Assembly: GCA_002256025.1 (NCBI GenBank)
Contig: NKIB01012282.1
Span: 1-64,000 of the forward strand
DNA length: 64,000 nucleotides
Direction: 5' to 3'
From: Asterionella formosa
Taxonomy: Eukaryota
Part shown: in pieces, positions 47,701 through 60,332 of the stretch
Numbering within the stretch: position 1 is the stretch's first letter
Layout: the number at the start of each line of letters is the position of its first letter
The notes under the pieces: generated by a model
What the model was told of the DNA's origin: nothing
The model's input: only the letters and a program-made list of their open reading frames with translations
Database searches by the model: none
Program-made: the position numbers and the translations under genes

Positions 47701-49432
47701 TACTTGACAGACACATGGCTCATGAACATGAGAATTGTTTTGGGGAAACATAACTTTCAGATTGAAATCAGCAATGCCTGGAGTCCCGGTCTGCAATGTT
47801 GTCGAGACTCAATGATCATGCAAATTTTAGCAGAAAGGCGTTTGAGCAAACACAGACTATTTCATCTAAATACATGCAGAATGTAACTTCAAGTCTTGTC
47901 GGTTGCGGACATGATTGCAACAGCAGATGGGAAACGACTTAGACCTGAAATTTTAGCATGCAAAAGAATCACACACAGAATCACAAAATGGGAATGGCCT
48001 AACCAACAGACCAACAAAAACAGGATTGGAAGCTAGCAATGCAAAGATACTCTCTTGCTAATGGCTCTAAGAGAAAGCTGATGTTAAGAAAACCGCTTGG
48101 AAGATGGACCACACAGCCGACCCAAGACTGGTCAACATACATCCAGCTAGAAGGGGAAAACTTATGGGTTTTGGATAAGAACACAAAACAGTGGAAAGTG
48201 TTCACAAATAAGTCGCAAGGGCTGCATACTCAGAGGTCTCGAAACTCCATTCCCACTCAAACAGCGGCCTGCGCAGGACCGGTAGATGGCGATTCATCTC
48301 AAAACAGTTCAACCAGAGCGGAACTATTTTGACTAGCCTCAATTTTGAACTTTTTACAGATATATATAAATTATTTTGAGATAGACACGACGTCAGAGCT
48401 ACAGATATGGACTGACAGTGCAGCTGCCCTGTCGAGGATCAGATTTTTATCGTGGAGTTTACATACTGGGAGAACACCAGCCAATACAGACATTGTATCT
48501 CTAATTTCGAGGATAATTAAAACCATACCAGTAACAGTTAGACTGAATTGGATAAAGGCTCATCAGGATGCGGATAAAAAAGCAAAGAAATTGACAGTGG
48601 AGGCGCAAATGAACATTACGGCTGAGATAATGGCATCCAATTTTCTTGAAAGATGCCATTCAGTTGCCAAAGGAGGGCCAAGAAACAACTCTAGCCATTT
48701 TCATACAATGCAGGCAAGTCTTATTATCAATAATCAGCCTATACACAAATCGACAGCAGAGCCGATGAGACAAAGTATATAGTTAAGAAACTACTACATC
48801 TATTTTGGGGAAAAACATGGGAACTCAAAAGCCACATTAGTGGATTGGGACAATCTTGCAAAAGCATACAAAAATCAGACATACACAGACAAAATATTTC
48901 TCACCAAGTACCTACACGATTTTCCAATCAGAGCATGATGAAAAAATTAGGAGGTATTATAGCAGAAGAGGGGAAATATCCAGGAGAGATGGTCACCTAT
49001 TCGGAACAAAGATAGAGGAGTTATTGACGGCAAGGCTTCGCAAAAACCTGAGATTTTTAGAAAGAGCAAAATATATTTTTTCTCCGCTTCCAAGGGAGCA
49101 GCAGAAACAGGACAACAATCAATTCAGGAGTGTTTTCAACCAAAACTACACAAACCACAACAACAAAAACCACAGGAAGTGCGAAAAAGGGAGATTATAC
49201 ACGCAACACACAATAAATAATTAATTCTACAACTTACATTAGGAGTGCAGCACAAGAGAAGAGCTCCAAGAACAAAGCTACCACAATTTTTTTTAACCAA
49301 TACTTCCACAAGAGGAAGTGACAAACAACTCAAAAACCCCACCGCCCCACCTCTTATGGGCCATAGAGCGCAATGAAGACAAATCTAGGAATAGACTAGT
49401 AAGAATGCGCTATAAAAATGATTAAAATATAA
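41796..49432 (+). mobile_element. Near full-length but decayed non-LTR retrotransposon (ORF1, APE endonuclease, RT, RNase H; Ambal-like)
   Basis: ORF1 remnants 41970-44350. APE motifs WGDEM, SETNTNW, MGRWS, TAYRV, INANE, TIDYILG, DHRAIYIDF. RT motifs SGRHLGHYK, FEADYN, DNDAACCYD, GTGQGSGAS, SFVDGT (degenerate FVDD). RNase H motifs TRAELF, IWTDS, WIKAHQD. Flanked by a 16-bp direct repeat. Confidence 0.9.
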
Positions 49433-52388
49433 TTAAAATGATAATACAATTATATCAAGCGTTGTATTGGTTTTCATAATTTGTCAGAATCGATTCTAAT
49501 GCACAAAATATGCATCATAATTATTGCAACAGCTTCTATTTAAAATTAGGGTCAATGATTGTGCAATAAAATTCATCAGCCATTTCTAATTGAATCATAA
49601 ACTGACCATACAATATTTATAAATTTCTCAACAATGTTTCTTTTCAATATCATAAGCCTTTGTGTTATATTTGAATTTCCCATGATCATCGGATATTAAT
49701 AATAGCTTCAAGAAGTCAACATATAATTTGCTCAATTTTATCCTATTATGCCTATTTTTTCTCGTTTATCTATCTTAACATGATCGTAATTCTAATCAAA
49801 GTCACTGTTTAAAGTAGCTAAGTAGAAATGGTTTGTAATCTAACTGCTTCATTTACCAATTTCTACTTTGCTAGTCGCAATACAAGTTTCCCTGTTCTTG
49901 TCATGTCATGGCTTGCTCCTGTCTCGCCCCTTTCTTCTTCTATTCTGAGCCTTGTGTCAGTCAGTGCTTGATATCTCGTCCCCTTATTAACTCCAACTCT
50001 GAATTCTTTGGTTTTTTCCTATGTAGTCATTCTAGCAGTGGAAAGGAATTGATCGTTGGTAATGTTATACTTAACATGATCAGAACAAGAGCAAGTACCA
50101 TTCTATCTTTGCTTACCAGAAATCGAAGTAACTGATGCATATTTCTGTAAAATCATGTGTCATTTGAATAATGAATAAGTAATCATCAAAAGTTACATCC
50201 AATGATGTCGCCTATAGATGACAAGTACTTTTTGTTTACCACTGTTACCTTGAAGGAAGCAACAAGCATGTGTTGCTTGGTTATACTCTAACACCAGTTG
50301 TAAATGGATCCATTATGAGAACACTTATCAATTTTCTTATGTTCACATTGGTCGTTCCCAGCAGGCGAAATGAGGTTTTGAACACTTGAGGAGAAAGCAA
50401 TCACTTTGTCTTTATCAACCCAACAATCGGTCATCCTGACCTTTTTTGTTTGCATACCTTAGCTAGATTGCTGGCGAGTCGCCATCCGGTAGTAGTACTA
50501 ATTTTTTCTTGGTCTAGTGTAAGGGAACTTTCACCACTATATTAATGGATCCCCCTCAATTAGCTAAAATCAGTCAAATTCAGTCATGGCAGGCAGTGTA
50601 CTACATTGGGCTGGGGACCGAGGTCAATGAACTAAAAGATCCATATAGACAAAATACGTCGTAACTAGCTAGTACAACTGGGATTTCAAGTGCCCAACGA
50701 CTTCAAAACCATAGCATAGAATAGGTGGTTATGATCACTCTGACCAGAAAGCAGCCCAAATTTTGGAAGGTTCAGGAAAATTGCACTTCTTTCCTGACAT
50801 TTCTTGAAAGTCATAAGTATTTTCTGAAAATTGTAGCTACTAGTCATATGCTGTTCGCTGGTTTTTGCCATTGGAAGAATCTAGCTTTTTTTCGCTGAAC
50901 CGTGCTATGAATTGAAGACATTCTCTACATAATACGACTTAAAGCACCTGTCCAGTGACACGTTGTCCATTTCAGGAATTTCACTGACTTGCTGGTATAC
51001 ACGACATCAGAATGATACGAGGAGGACGCCGAAGTTATATTGCTTGCTTGTAAACATGTATTTGTTCGATGAATGTAAACATTTTGTCTATTCATGCATG
51101 ATTATATTTATATATAAATGTCAAAAGTCTATCATACTAGCTATGATAGCAGGCTTGGGCTACTGTGACTACAATACATAGTATGTGGTACTCTGAGATT
51201 GATTCCAGCTGTTAAATTCTTCTGCAGTGCGTCTGACTGCAATACAAGCTCAGTGCACAAAAACCTTCTGTGGTGAGGATTGCTTAGTTGATAAGCACAC
51301 CTTCATAGGTGTCGGGATTGATACATGCATTCTCCACCTGTCTTTATTTTTCATGTAGTCCCTAGGGTTCCAGGGGTGTGGCTAATGAATTAAAAAGACA
51401 GTTTCCCATTATACTGCTGTATTGACACTTAAAAACCAGTACAGATCCCCATGCACCACCAGCACCCGAAGTCACTAAGTTTTTTGGGATGACCCTGTTT
51501 GGTAGCTAATTACATAAGTTCATTAACATCAGGGCTGGCAGCGCCATGAAGCGCTATGCAGTTGTCTACCCACCCTTCTAGCAAATGATCTGTCTTAAAG
51601 TGCTTAATATATGTAAAGTTGCTTAATTTCCAAAACCTTCTGTTCTTTGCCCAGCTTATTGCGAGCTTATTTGATCTATGTTGTAATCTTTCATATGAAA
51701 AATAACTAAGGCTCTCTTGCCAAATTTGTTTATATATATTCATTGTTCACTTAGACATTCACTCTCAACTGACAACTCAACTCCACTTAGCTACTAGTAG
51801 AAGAATCATGAATATCCAATGTTATCTGCATTGCATAGATATACCTTGCCTTCATTGAAATATTGATTATTGAGAACATTCTCCATTCTTTTGTTTGCTG
51901 GTATAGTGCTTGGCAAGAAATGCTGTTCAAATTCTCACAGCATTTCAAGAAGGGATTTTGGCTGGAGTACTGGTATTACCGGTATTCAAGATTGATTAGT
52001 TCGACTGAACTAATATGCATCCAGTTCTTGTGTATGGTAAATCTTGACATCGATCCGCCACATCATACTATGTGATCATGACGCGAGGAAGAACCAAAAT
52101 AATACGGAACACACACGACCCCATGCACCCTCAAGCACACGACAAATAATCAGGATCTGTAATACAATTGACTGTAAATCACATACCAGGGTACCGTGGT
52201 ACCTTTCATTCCAAAATAGTTTATGAGCCACTCGTATATCCTTCGCCCTCGCAATCCTTTCCTACGCTTCCTTTGTTGCTCGACCCGAAGAGCGAAGAGC
52301 GACAACCATTGAGCACCCGAAAGTCCATTCGTCAAAGCGATGCATGAAGCCAACGTAACGTGGAGAACTAGACCATTACAAATCTGCA

Positions 52389-53393
52389 ATGTCGGCACTT
52401 TTCTCCCTGCGCTTTCGTCAGGGCTTACAGGGTATACAATCGGAATTGGCCTTCGAATCTTGGCATGAATACCCTCAATTCAATTCGAATCAAGGATTGG
52501 GTCGAGTGGCCCTGTTGGCTTTCCTCTTGGGTCTCACCCTAGGCATTCATTTCGTCATGATGATCATGCTGATGCTGGTTCGTTTCTACGGCAATTCAAA
52601 TAGTGTGTTCCCTGGAATAGACTTCCTTGGTACAGACCGACTGCAGTTGTTGATACAATGGTGTCTCTATGTGGTGTTAGTATGTTCCTTCCATTTGTTG
52701 GAATTCTTTACGACAGCCATCTACAATCCCAACGTGGCTACGGCAGATGGCTTCCTCGTTAATCATTCTCCGGCCTACACAGCCGCGGCCTTGGTAAGTT
52801 AATAGGAAAACGACAGCTGCTTGCTCTGTACAGAATTCTCACACATACCGGAATCGGTTTTATTTCTAGCTTGCCTCTACTGAATTCATACTCAAGTTTA
52901 TACTTTGGCCCTCTCTTCGTTCGGATGCTTTTCTCGGGGTTGGCATCATCGTGGTAGTTGCGGCACAATGTATTCGCTCCGTGGCAATGAAAACATGTGG
53001 CGAGTCATTTAATCATTTGATCCAAACGGCGAAGAAGGAAAATCATTTACTAGTCAAACATGGAATGTAAGTTTGGTGATGGTGATTTGTGTCATTGCTG
53101 GCGGCGGTGCCCTCAACTGTTGTTCCCCATGGTGCAGCTACAAATACATACGACACCCATCGTATGTCGGATTTTTCTACTGGGCTGTCGGAACCCAACT
53201 TGTACTGAACAATTACGTGAATATTGTTGTATTTGCCATTGCCGTCTGGTGGTTTTTCAGGGTTCGAATACCTTACGAGGAAGAATCTCTGTTGCTTCAT
53301 TTTGGAGACGAATATATGACGTATGCCAAGACAACTTATATTTGTATTCCCTTTATTCAATCTTCAATCAATGGTAAAGTCAAGAATAGATAG
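52389..53393 (+). CDS. ICMT: Protein-S-isoprenylcysteine O-methyltransferase
   Basis: Introns 52794-52869 and 53067-53137 give FHLLEF..TA..NP...FLVNHS..Y, FNHLIQ...HLLVKHGIYKYIRHPSYVG and RIPYEEESL...FG.EY..Y. Confidence 0.92.
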
Positions 53394-53797
53394 ACAAGAG
53401 GTACTCAGAGCTGTGATGAAGAAAGAAATCTCGAATTTTCTACCGCATGTTTAACTCGAGCAAAGGGACGAACTATGGACCGCATGGCGCCAGAATGGGC
53501 ATGACAAATGAGTTGCTCAGTACGACAACGTCGATCTCTCTCTCTCTTTTGCCCCATCGGTGATTCGATGAAGGTATGGCCTAAGGAAGTTGTCTACCGG
53601 TATGCTGCGAATCAAGAAATAGGAATTGCACTCTTAACTTAAATCATTGTGTTAAATTGTTGGTACAATGCTACCCTACCTCGAACTTAGAAGAATCCAG
53701 TTGCATATCCTCACATTTTTGTCTTTCTTGCTCTTAATTGGACACTTTCCGTTCAGTCTATATAAACATCCAACTCTAGCTACCCGAAAACGTCATC

Positions 53798-55043
53798 TTA
53801 GCTGTTCTTGCCCTTGTCATCCGACAAGGCGTTTTCAATGTACGCAATCCACCTTTGAAAATTCCAAAAGATGTTGCCCACCTCCCCAGAATTCGTTCTC
53901 ATAGCTGGCTCCAACATTTTCAATCGGTTCAGTTCCTCTTCGAAAGGAATTCGACGAAAGGGCTCCTCGGGTTCACCAGAGGATGCTCTCGCCAAGGACT
54001 CCGTAAAATCCATTTCGTAGCTCTGCTCCAAATGAAATCTCATGTTGTCTAGTTCGTCTTCTTTGGCAATCACGTCTCTCAGTAAGCGCATCGTTACTTG
54101 TGGGGATGGCCTTCCGAAGAAAACATGATGCCGAGAGGGAACCCAAACGAACGAAAAGTGATCCTCAAACATAATGAATTGTCCTTCCACAAAATTTGTA
54201 CCGGTAAAGCCAGTCGCGGCAATATGCCCTTGACCTGGATAGCGTTCAAGTTTCTTGAGTCCCCACTTTGCTGCAGATTCGTTGGTGAGTTCAATAGGTG
54301 CCATGCTAGCTCTTGAATTGGCGGGAGGAGCGAGATTGGCTTCGAAGGTGACTTGATGCCGAGACACGTGTTTGTCTCCAGTAGCTTTAGTGGCAATGAG
54401 CGTATCTCCTTTGTAGGTGACATTGACAAGTTCGTAGCCATTATCACCGTAGCTTTCGTATGCAGTATTTTGGGTAGCAAAAATCAGTCAGCATCAACAG
54501 AAACAGTTGCATCTCAATATGACGTACTCACTTTCCGACCCAAAGGCCTTCGAGATTAAATCTCGGAATACAAGATCTGGCAGCCCTGGCCTCGTCTTTC
54601 CACTCATCGATCATCGTATCTTTTCCCTCGAAATATTCTGCCTTGAAAACAGTGTCTATCTTGTTTAATGCCTTACTGTAGACAAAGTCAGGATCTCTGG
54701 ATTCCTTTTGTTCAATTGCTTTTTCTAAATCTAGGACTCGACTTTCATCACCCATTGCCTGAGCCCACTTAAGATTTTCTTTAAAGGTGGCGACGTCTGA
54801 GCGCAGCTTCGCTAAGTCTTCACCTCTCACAAATCTTTGCTTTGATTGTTCTTCATGTTGCAAGCGCTTTGCACGAATGTCCGAGGGAATGCTGTCGCCA
54901 AAGAAAAATCCATCAATGTCTGAATTGTAAAGTAAAAATAAGCGTTTAGAAGCAAATCGAGACGGCTGAAATGCATTCACCGAGGAGTTGAAGGGCAACA
55001 ACAAAAGCAGCGACGACCACATCGTTGCTCTCTTCGTTGACAT
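53798..55043 (-). CDS. DUF3506 (EXECUTER C-terminal / cyclin-D1-binding-like) domain protein, probably plastid-targeted
   Basis: Signal peptide ending VNA-F. Intron 54531-54453 gives LEGLWVGNYGDNGYELVNVTY.GDTLIATKATGDKHV, followed by YPGQGHIAATGF...FVEGQ. An alternative start lies at 55022. Confidence 0.75.
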
Positions 55044-55239
55044 GAACTGCCAACGTTCCAACAAGTGCCCAATCATAGGCAATTCAAATAAATATGATGA
55101 TATATATAGATTTTCAATTGATTGTTGTAGAGAATTCTCAGAATTTCCTGTCATCACATATTGTTAGAACCAATGAGAATATCGCTGACATAATTCAATT
55201 TTGATTTGTTCGCTATTGTTAGCCATGTCCATAGCTATA

Positions 55240-55690
55240 TACCGGTACCAGGTACCTGGTACCTTGTACCGGGTATATCTTTTCCTTCTGCGGTGTGTTG
55301 CCTCCCTTTCTGCTCGAGTCCTAGACCTACCATTCCTGGTACCAGGTACCTGGTACCTGGTACCGGCATCATCTGACCTGTTCTTCTTTCCGCCCAAGAT
55401 AACATTTCCAGACGAGCGTACGACAGGCGGCGTATACAGATGGCAGAAAGCAAGAAGGAGGCGGATGGATTCTCTTGCTTGCTGAATGCTGGCTATTGTA
55501 CAAATGTACGCATCAATATCTATATAATTATGTACGTGTGTTTTTTTAATTTATGTCCATATGGGGGTACCAGGTACCGGTACTGGTACTGTCAAAATAC
55601 ATCCCGGTAATCCAAAATCCCGGGTGGTCGTAAAATATACTTGTATATGGAAAAATAATGCATACAGTAGGTACCATACCTGGTACATAG
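55240..55690. promoter_or_regulatory. Dense (GGTACC[A/T])n arrays in the divergent DUF3506/HSP90 intergenic region
   Basis: Clusters at 55240-55276, 55335-55366, 55566-55590 and 55669-55686. A regulatory role is inferred from position only. Confidence 0.55.
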
Positions 55691-55905
55691 GAATTGCAAC
55701 GAGGTATTCCTTCTAGGCATGTATTTTACATGTATATCATGCCTAAAGCAAATCATGGATTTCGATCGAGACAACCACGAAATAGAGGAGTTCCATCGAA
55801 GGTCAGACTACCGGCAACCCTGCTCCAAGAAATCCCGCCAAACAAAAGTTGGGCTCATAAATATCGTGAGAAGGACGATTGAATCTGAAACCACCAACTA
55901 TCAAC

Positions 55906-58401
55906 ATGGTGAGTGCGTTGGTCGTTGCGGATCTACATGGGCGGAAACGATGTGAGATCTTCAAAAGGAAAATGGCTGGGAAAGAAGGACCTGAACAAAG
56001 CAATGGACCGCATCGTCACTTTCTGTCATTTTTGAGTTGGATATTTTTAGTTTTCCATTGATTTCCATTTGCATCATCCACATTATGTCGCTCACCTAAA
56101 GCTCACGTTCCGTCCTCACTGCCACAGTCTGCCCCTGATGCTGAAAGCTACGCCTTTTCCGCTGATATCAATCAGCTCCTTTCGTTGAGTAAGTACTAAC
56201 CTTTCTCCTCAATGGGAATGCTTGTGAGCTGGTCATTCTCGGCTTCTCCCCCACTCCCGAACGTATGTAGGAATCAATACTATCAAATTGTGGGTCTTCT
56301 CACGCATTCGTCCTTTTCGAATCCTTTTTACTTTGCAGTCATCAACACCTTTTACTCCAACAAGGAGATTTTCCTTCGAGAGCTGATTTCCAACTCGAGT
56401 GATGCCCTTGATAAGATCCGTTACCAGTCTTTGACGGACTCTTCGGTCCTCGATTCCGAACCCGAACTTCAGATCAAGCTCATCGCCGACAAGGCCAACA
56501 ACACCCTCACCATTGAAGATTCTGGTATCGGAATGACCAAGGCTGACCTCATTAACAACCTCGGAACCATTGCCAAATCCGGAACCAAGCAATTCATGGA
56601 AGCCCTCACTGCGGGTGCCGATATCTCCATGATTGGACAATTTGGTGTTGGTTTCTACTCGGCCTATTTGGTGGCTGACAAGGTCGAAGTCACGTCGAAG
56701 AACAATGATGACGAATGCTGGACATGGACCTCAGAAGCTGGAGGCTCTTTCACTGTCACGAAGTCTGAAGAGACGTTGATTAATCGTGGTACCAGAATCG
56801 TCCTTCACCTCAAGGAGGACATGAGCGAATACCTCGAAGAAAAGCGTGTTAAGGATCTTGTCAAGAAACACTCTGAGTTTATTGGATTCCCAATCAAGCT
56901 TTATACCGAAAAGACAACGGAGAAGGAAGTCACTGACGATGAAGACGAGGACGACGACGAAGATGATGACGAGAAACCAAAGGTTGAAGAAGTTGACGAC
57001 GAGGAAGAGGCCAAGAAGGAAAAGAAGACGAAAAAGATTAAGGAAGTTTCGCATGAATGGAAGCACCTCAATAACACCAAGCCCATTTGGATGCGTAAGC
57101 CTGATGATGTCACCCACGACGAATATGTTGCATTCTACAAGTCAATCTCCAATGACTGGGAAGATTATGCTGCTGTCAAGCATTTTTCGGTTGAGGGTCA
57201 GCTTGAATTCCGCGCAATTCTCTTTTGCCCAAAGCGTGCTCCGTTTGACCAGTTCGAGGGGGGAGCCAAGAAGAAGTTTAATCATATTAAGCTCTACGTC
57301 CGTCGTGTGTTCATCATGGATAACTGTGAGGACTTGATGCCAGAGTGGCTCCAATTCATCAAGGGTGTTGTCGATTCCGAGGATCTTCCACTCAATATTT
57401 CTCGTGAAACACTCCAGCAGAACAAGATTCTTCGCGTGATCAAGAAGAACCTTGTCAAGAAGTGTATCGAGATGTTCAGTGATCTCACTGAAAACGAAGA
57501 TGGCTACAAGAAGTTTTACGAGTCTTTCTCCAAGAATCTCAAACTAGGTGTTCACGAGGACTCGACCAACCGTGCCAAGATTGCCAAGCTCTTGCGATAC
57601 CATTCTACCAAGAGTGGCGACGAGATGACTTCCCTTGACGACTACGTTGGCCGTATGGACGACAAACAACCAGGTATTTATTATATTACTGGAGAGTCCA
57701 AGCGTGCCGTTGAAACTTCACCTTTCCTTGAAAAACTCAAGAAAAGAGGGTATGAAGTACTTTACATGGTTGACCCTATTGATGAGTACTGTGTCCAGCA
57801 ACTCAAGGAGTTTGAGGGTAAGAAGCTCCTTAGTGCCACCAAGGAGGGACTTGATTTGGCCGAGGACGAAGATGAAAAGAAGGCTTTTGAAGAAGCTAAG
57901 AAGAAGTCAGAGGGCCTCTGTAAGCTCATCAAAGAAGTTCTTGACGAGAAGGTTGAGAAGGTCGTCGTTTCGAACCGCCTTGCTGATTCCCCTTGCTGTC
58001 TCGTCACTGGAGAGTTTGGATGGTCGGCGAATATGGAACGTATCATGAAAGCGCAGGCTCTTCGGGATGCTTCGCAATCCGCTTACATGAGCTCGAAGAA
58101 GACCATGGAGATCAACCCCACAAATGCCATCATCATTGCTCTCCGTGACAAGGCTGATGCCGATCAGTCTGACAAGACTGTGAAGGATTTGATTTGGCTA
58201 CTCTATGAGACTTCTTTGCTTACTAGTGGATTCTCTCTAGACGAGCCTGCTACCTTTGCGGCCCGTATCCACCGCCTTGTGAAGCTAGGTCTCTCAATTG
58301 ATGACGATGGTGATGAGGAAGTAATGGAAGAAGACTTGGATGATCTCCCTCCTCTCGACGGTGATGACAATGAAGAAAGCGCCATGGAACAGGTTGATTA
58401 A
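55906..58401 (+). CDS. HSP90: Cytosolic heat shock protein 90
   Basis: Coding exon 1 is the ATG alone (55906-55908); intron 55909-56127; exon 56128-56188 ([20 protein letters not shown]); intron 56189-56338. Motifs [43 protein letters not shown] and C-terminal MEQVD. Confidence 0.97.
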
Positions 58402-58497
58402 GAAATCCATAATTCTCGCCTAACTCATTAGATATAAAGAAGGTTGAATTGCATCATTAGACTGTACTAAGTATTCACCTGATACAATGAATCCGCT

Positions 58498-58808
58498 GCG
58501 AAGCGGTTGCTTACATGGCAGATATTGTTGTTGTTTTGGAAATACATGTTATGATAGTACACCATGAAATTAATGACGAGACCACCATCGAGCAGGATAC
58601 CGAAACAACTGACTGTATTTCTCAGCTTCAGACTACCGGTAATCCAAGAATTTGCTGTGTAGCGAAGCGGTTGCTTACATGGCAGATATTGTTGTAATAT
58701 TGGAAAGCATGTTGTGATAATTAACCATAAATTTAAATGGCGAGACCACCATCGACCAGGATACCAAAACACGACCAACTGTATTCTCAGCTTCAGACTA
58801 CCGGTAAT
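58498..58808. repeat. Diverged tandem duplication (period ~164 bp) between convergent genes
   Basis: GCGAAGCGGTTGCTTACATGGCAGATATTGTTG at 58498 and 58662. Both copies end in CTCAGCTTCAGACTACCGGTAAT. Confidence 0.92.
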
Positions 58809-58869
58809 ATGATGATCAGATTCGTCCATTTAATTGTTAACAAATAAGTTTGACCAAATTGAAATATGA

Positions 58870-60060
58870 TTAAACCTCTGAAATCGGTTTAGATTTCTTC
58901 TTGTTCCTCTTTTCCCCAGACGCTAGCTGCGTATCCGATGAATCATCACCGAAATCAAAATGTTTGACCGTTTTTTTAATTTTTTTTCGTCGAAATAATC
59001 CAAATTTTCGCTTGGAATGAGTACTCTCAGTCAAGTCACCGCAATCGAGATCAGAACAAAGCCCATCGCCTTGATCTATTTTCTGCTCACGATATTTTGC
59101 AAATTTGGCATCCCAACTGTAAATTACTCCTGTCCCTGATATTAAATCATGCATCTCGCGTCTATCCTGTCGAACGACACCGAGTAATACACCAAATATA
59201 CCCCAAACACTAATTGGCAAAAACATGGTCCGCAACGCGGCACGCCAGGTTGTGACCGATGTCCCATCTTCAAAATTTATAACTTTTAGGCCAATGATAG
59301 TCTTGCCAATGGTTCGCCCTGTCGCTGCCAATGCCGATGTGTAATAGACAAAACTCCACAAAACGAAGACAGAAAAAATGAGCCATGGAAGCTCGTTCAA
59401 TTGATATGTTCCATAAGCATTTCTCAACACAATGTCGACTGCCTGTTGAATGAAAAATACCACCACCGCAAATGTTGTCGTAACAATAAGTTGATCAATC
59501 AAAAAAGCAAGGCCACGAGATATTGTTCCAGAGTATCGACCTTGAACAGCGATCGCAATGCTTGAGGCCCCTTTTGGTAGTTTATGCTGCCTGTCCTCAG
59601 GAAGGCCAGGTGCTTGTGGAATTCCAGGCTTGCGAAACGTCCCGACTCCTTGAATGGCTTGATCCACAACTACTAGTTGTGACCGCATCCCATCCATCAA
59701 AGGCGATATTATGCCTGCCGTGCTTCTCGCAACAATAGCACCAATTTCGGCGCGCTCTGCAAGCTCATTCATATTCACATTCTGCAACAAGGCATTGATG
59801 TCTACTTTTTGAAGTAGCTTGTTGATGTCCACCTTCATGAGTACCTTGTTGATGTCCACCTTTTCAATCAACGCGTTCATGTCGATCTTGGCAACCAAGG
59901 CATCTACGTCGATGCGCTGGACAATTCCATCGACATCAACATATTCAACAATACCAGACGTGACTGGACCAAGTGCATACCCGAACGCTTTGGACATCGT
60001 GGAGGTTGTTCTCGGCTCTACGGAAGGCGGAGAGTCATCATTCCTTTCTGTCCTTCCCAT
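58870..60060 (-). CDS. RDD-family membrane protein with N-terminal (V/I)DxxxLxxK nonamer repeats
   Basis: SRGLAFLID (R and D), GRTIGKTIIGLKV, RAALR and RREMHDLISGT (D). Repeats VDVDGIVQR-IDVDALVAK-IDMNALIEK-VDINKVLMK-VDINKLLQK-VDINALLQN. Confidence 0.88.
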   Translation of the reverse strand: MGRTERNDDSPPSVEPRTTSTMSKAFGYALGPVTSGIVEYVDVDGIVQRIDVDALVAKIDMNALIEKVDINKVLMKVDINKLLQKVDINALLQNVNMNELAERAEIGAIVARSTAGIISPLMDGMRSQLVVVDQAIQGVGTFRKPGIPQAPGLPEDRQHKLPKGASSIAIAVQGRYSGTISRGLAFLIDQLIVTTTFAVVVFFIQQAVDIVLRNAYGTYQLNELPWLIFSVFVLWSFVYYTSALAATGRTIGKTIIGLKVINFEDGTSVTTWRAALRTMFLPISVWGIFGVLLGVVRQDRREMHDLISGTGVIYSWDAKFAKYREQKIDQGDGLCSDLDCGDLTESTHSKRKFGLFRRKKIKKTVKHFDFGDDSSDTQLASGEKRNKKKSKPISEV

Positions 60061-60332
60061 GTTCTTAGACTGGACAGAATTGATAAATATTGTGCGTCAG
60101 GTAGAATGTTATAAGCAACGAGAATCATTCTAGAGTTCTTGCAATAGTGTCAACCCATGTTCAAGCGATGCAACAAGTATACCGTATACTGGAATCAGAT
60201 TCGCTCCTCCCGCAAAATTTTCCTGGAACAAAAGGTTTTGAATAAGACGGTTTATACTATGAAGAAAACGAAATAACCTTTTTCACGATCATTTCAGGAC
60301 CTTTGTCCCAGAGACACCCACCGCCGTCGCTA

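Noticed and set aside
50690..51720. Possible DIRS-type RT/RNase H remnant on the minus strand (SGAGGAWG)
   Set aside because: Only one weak motif among many stops; it cannot be supported without a profile search.
55164..55485. Short ORFs rich in VPGTRY/YQVPG (also at 38218-38491)
   Set aside because: Translation artefacts of the GGTACC heptamer arrays.
55690..55900. Canonical heat-shock elements upstream of HSP90
   Set aside because: Scattered TTC/GAA triplets occur, but I found no run of three correctly spaced nGAAn units.
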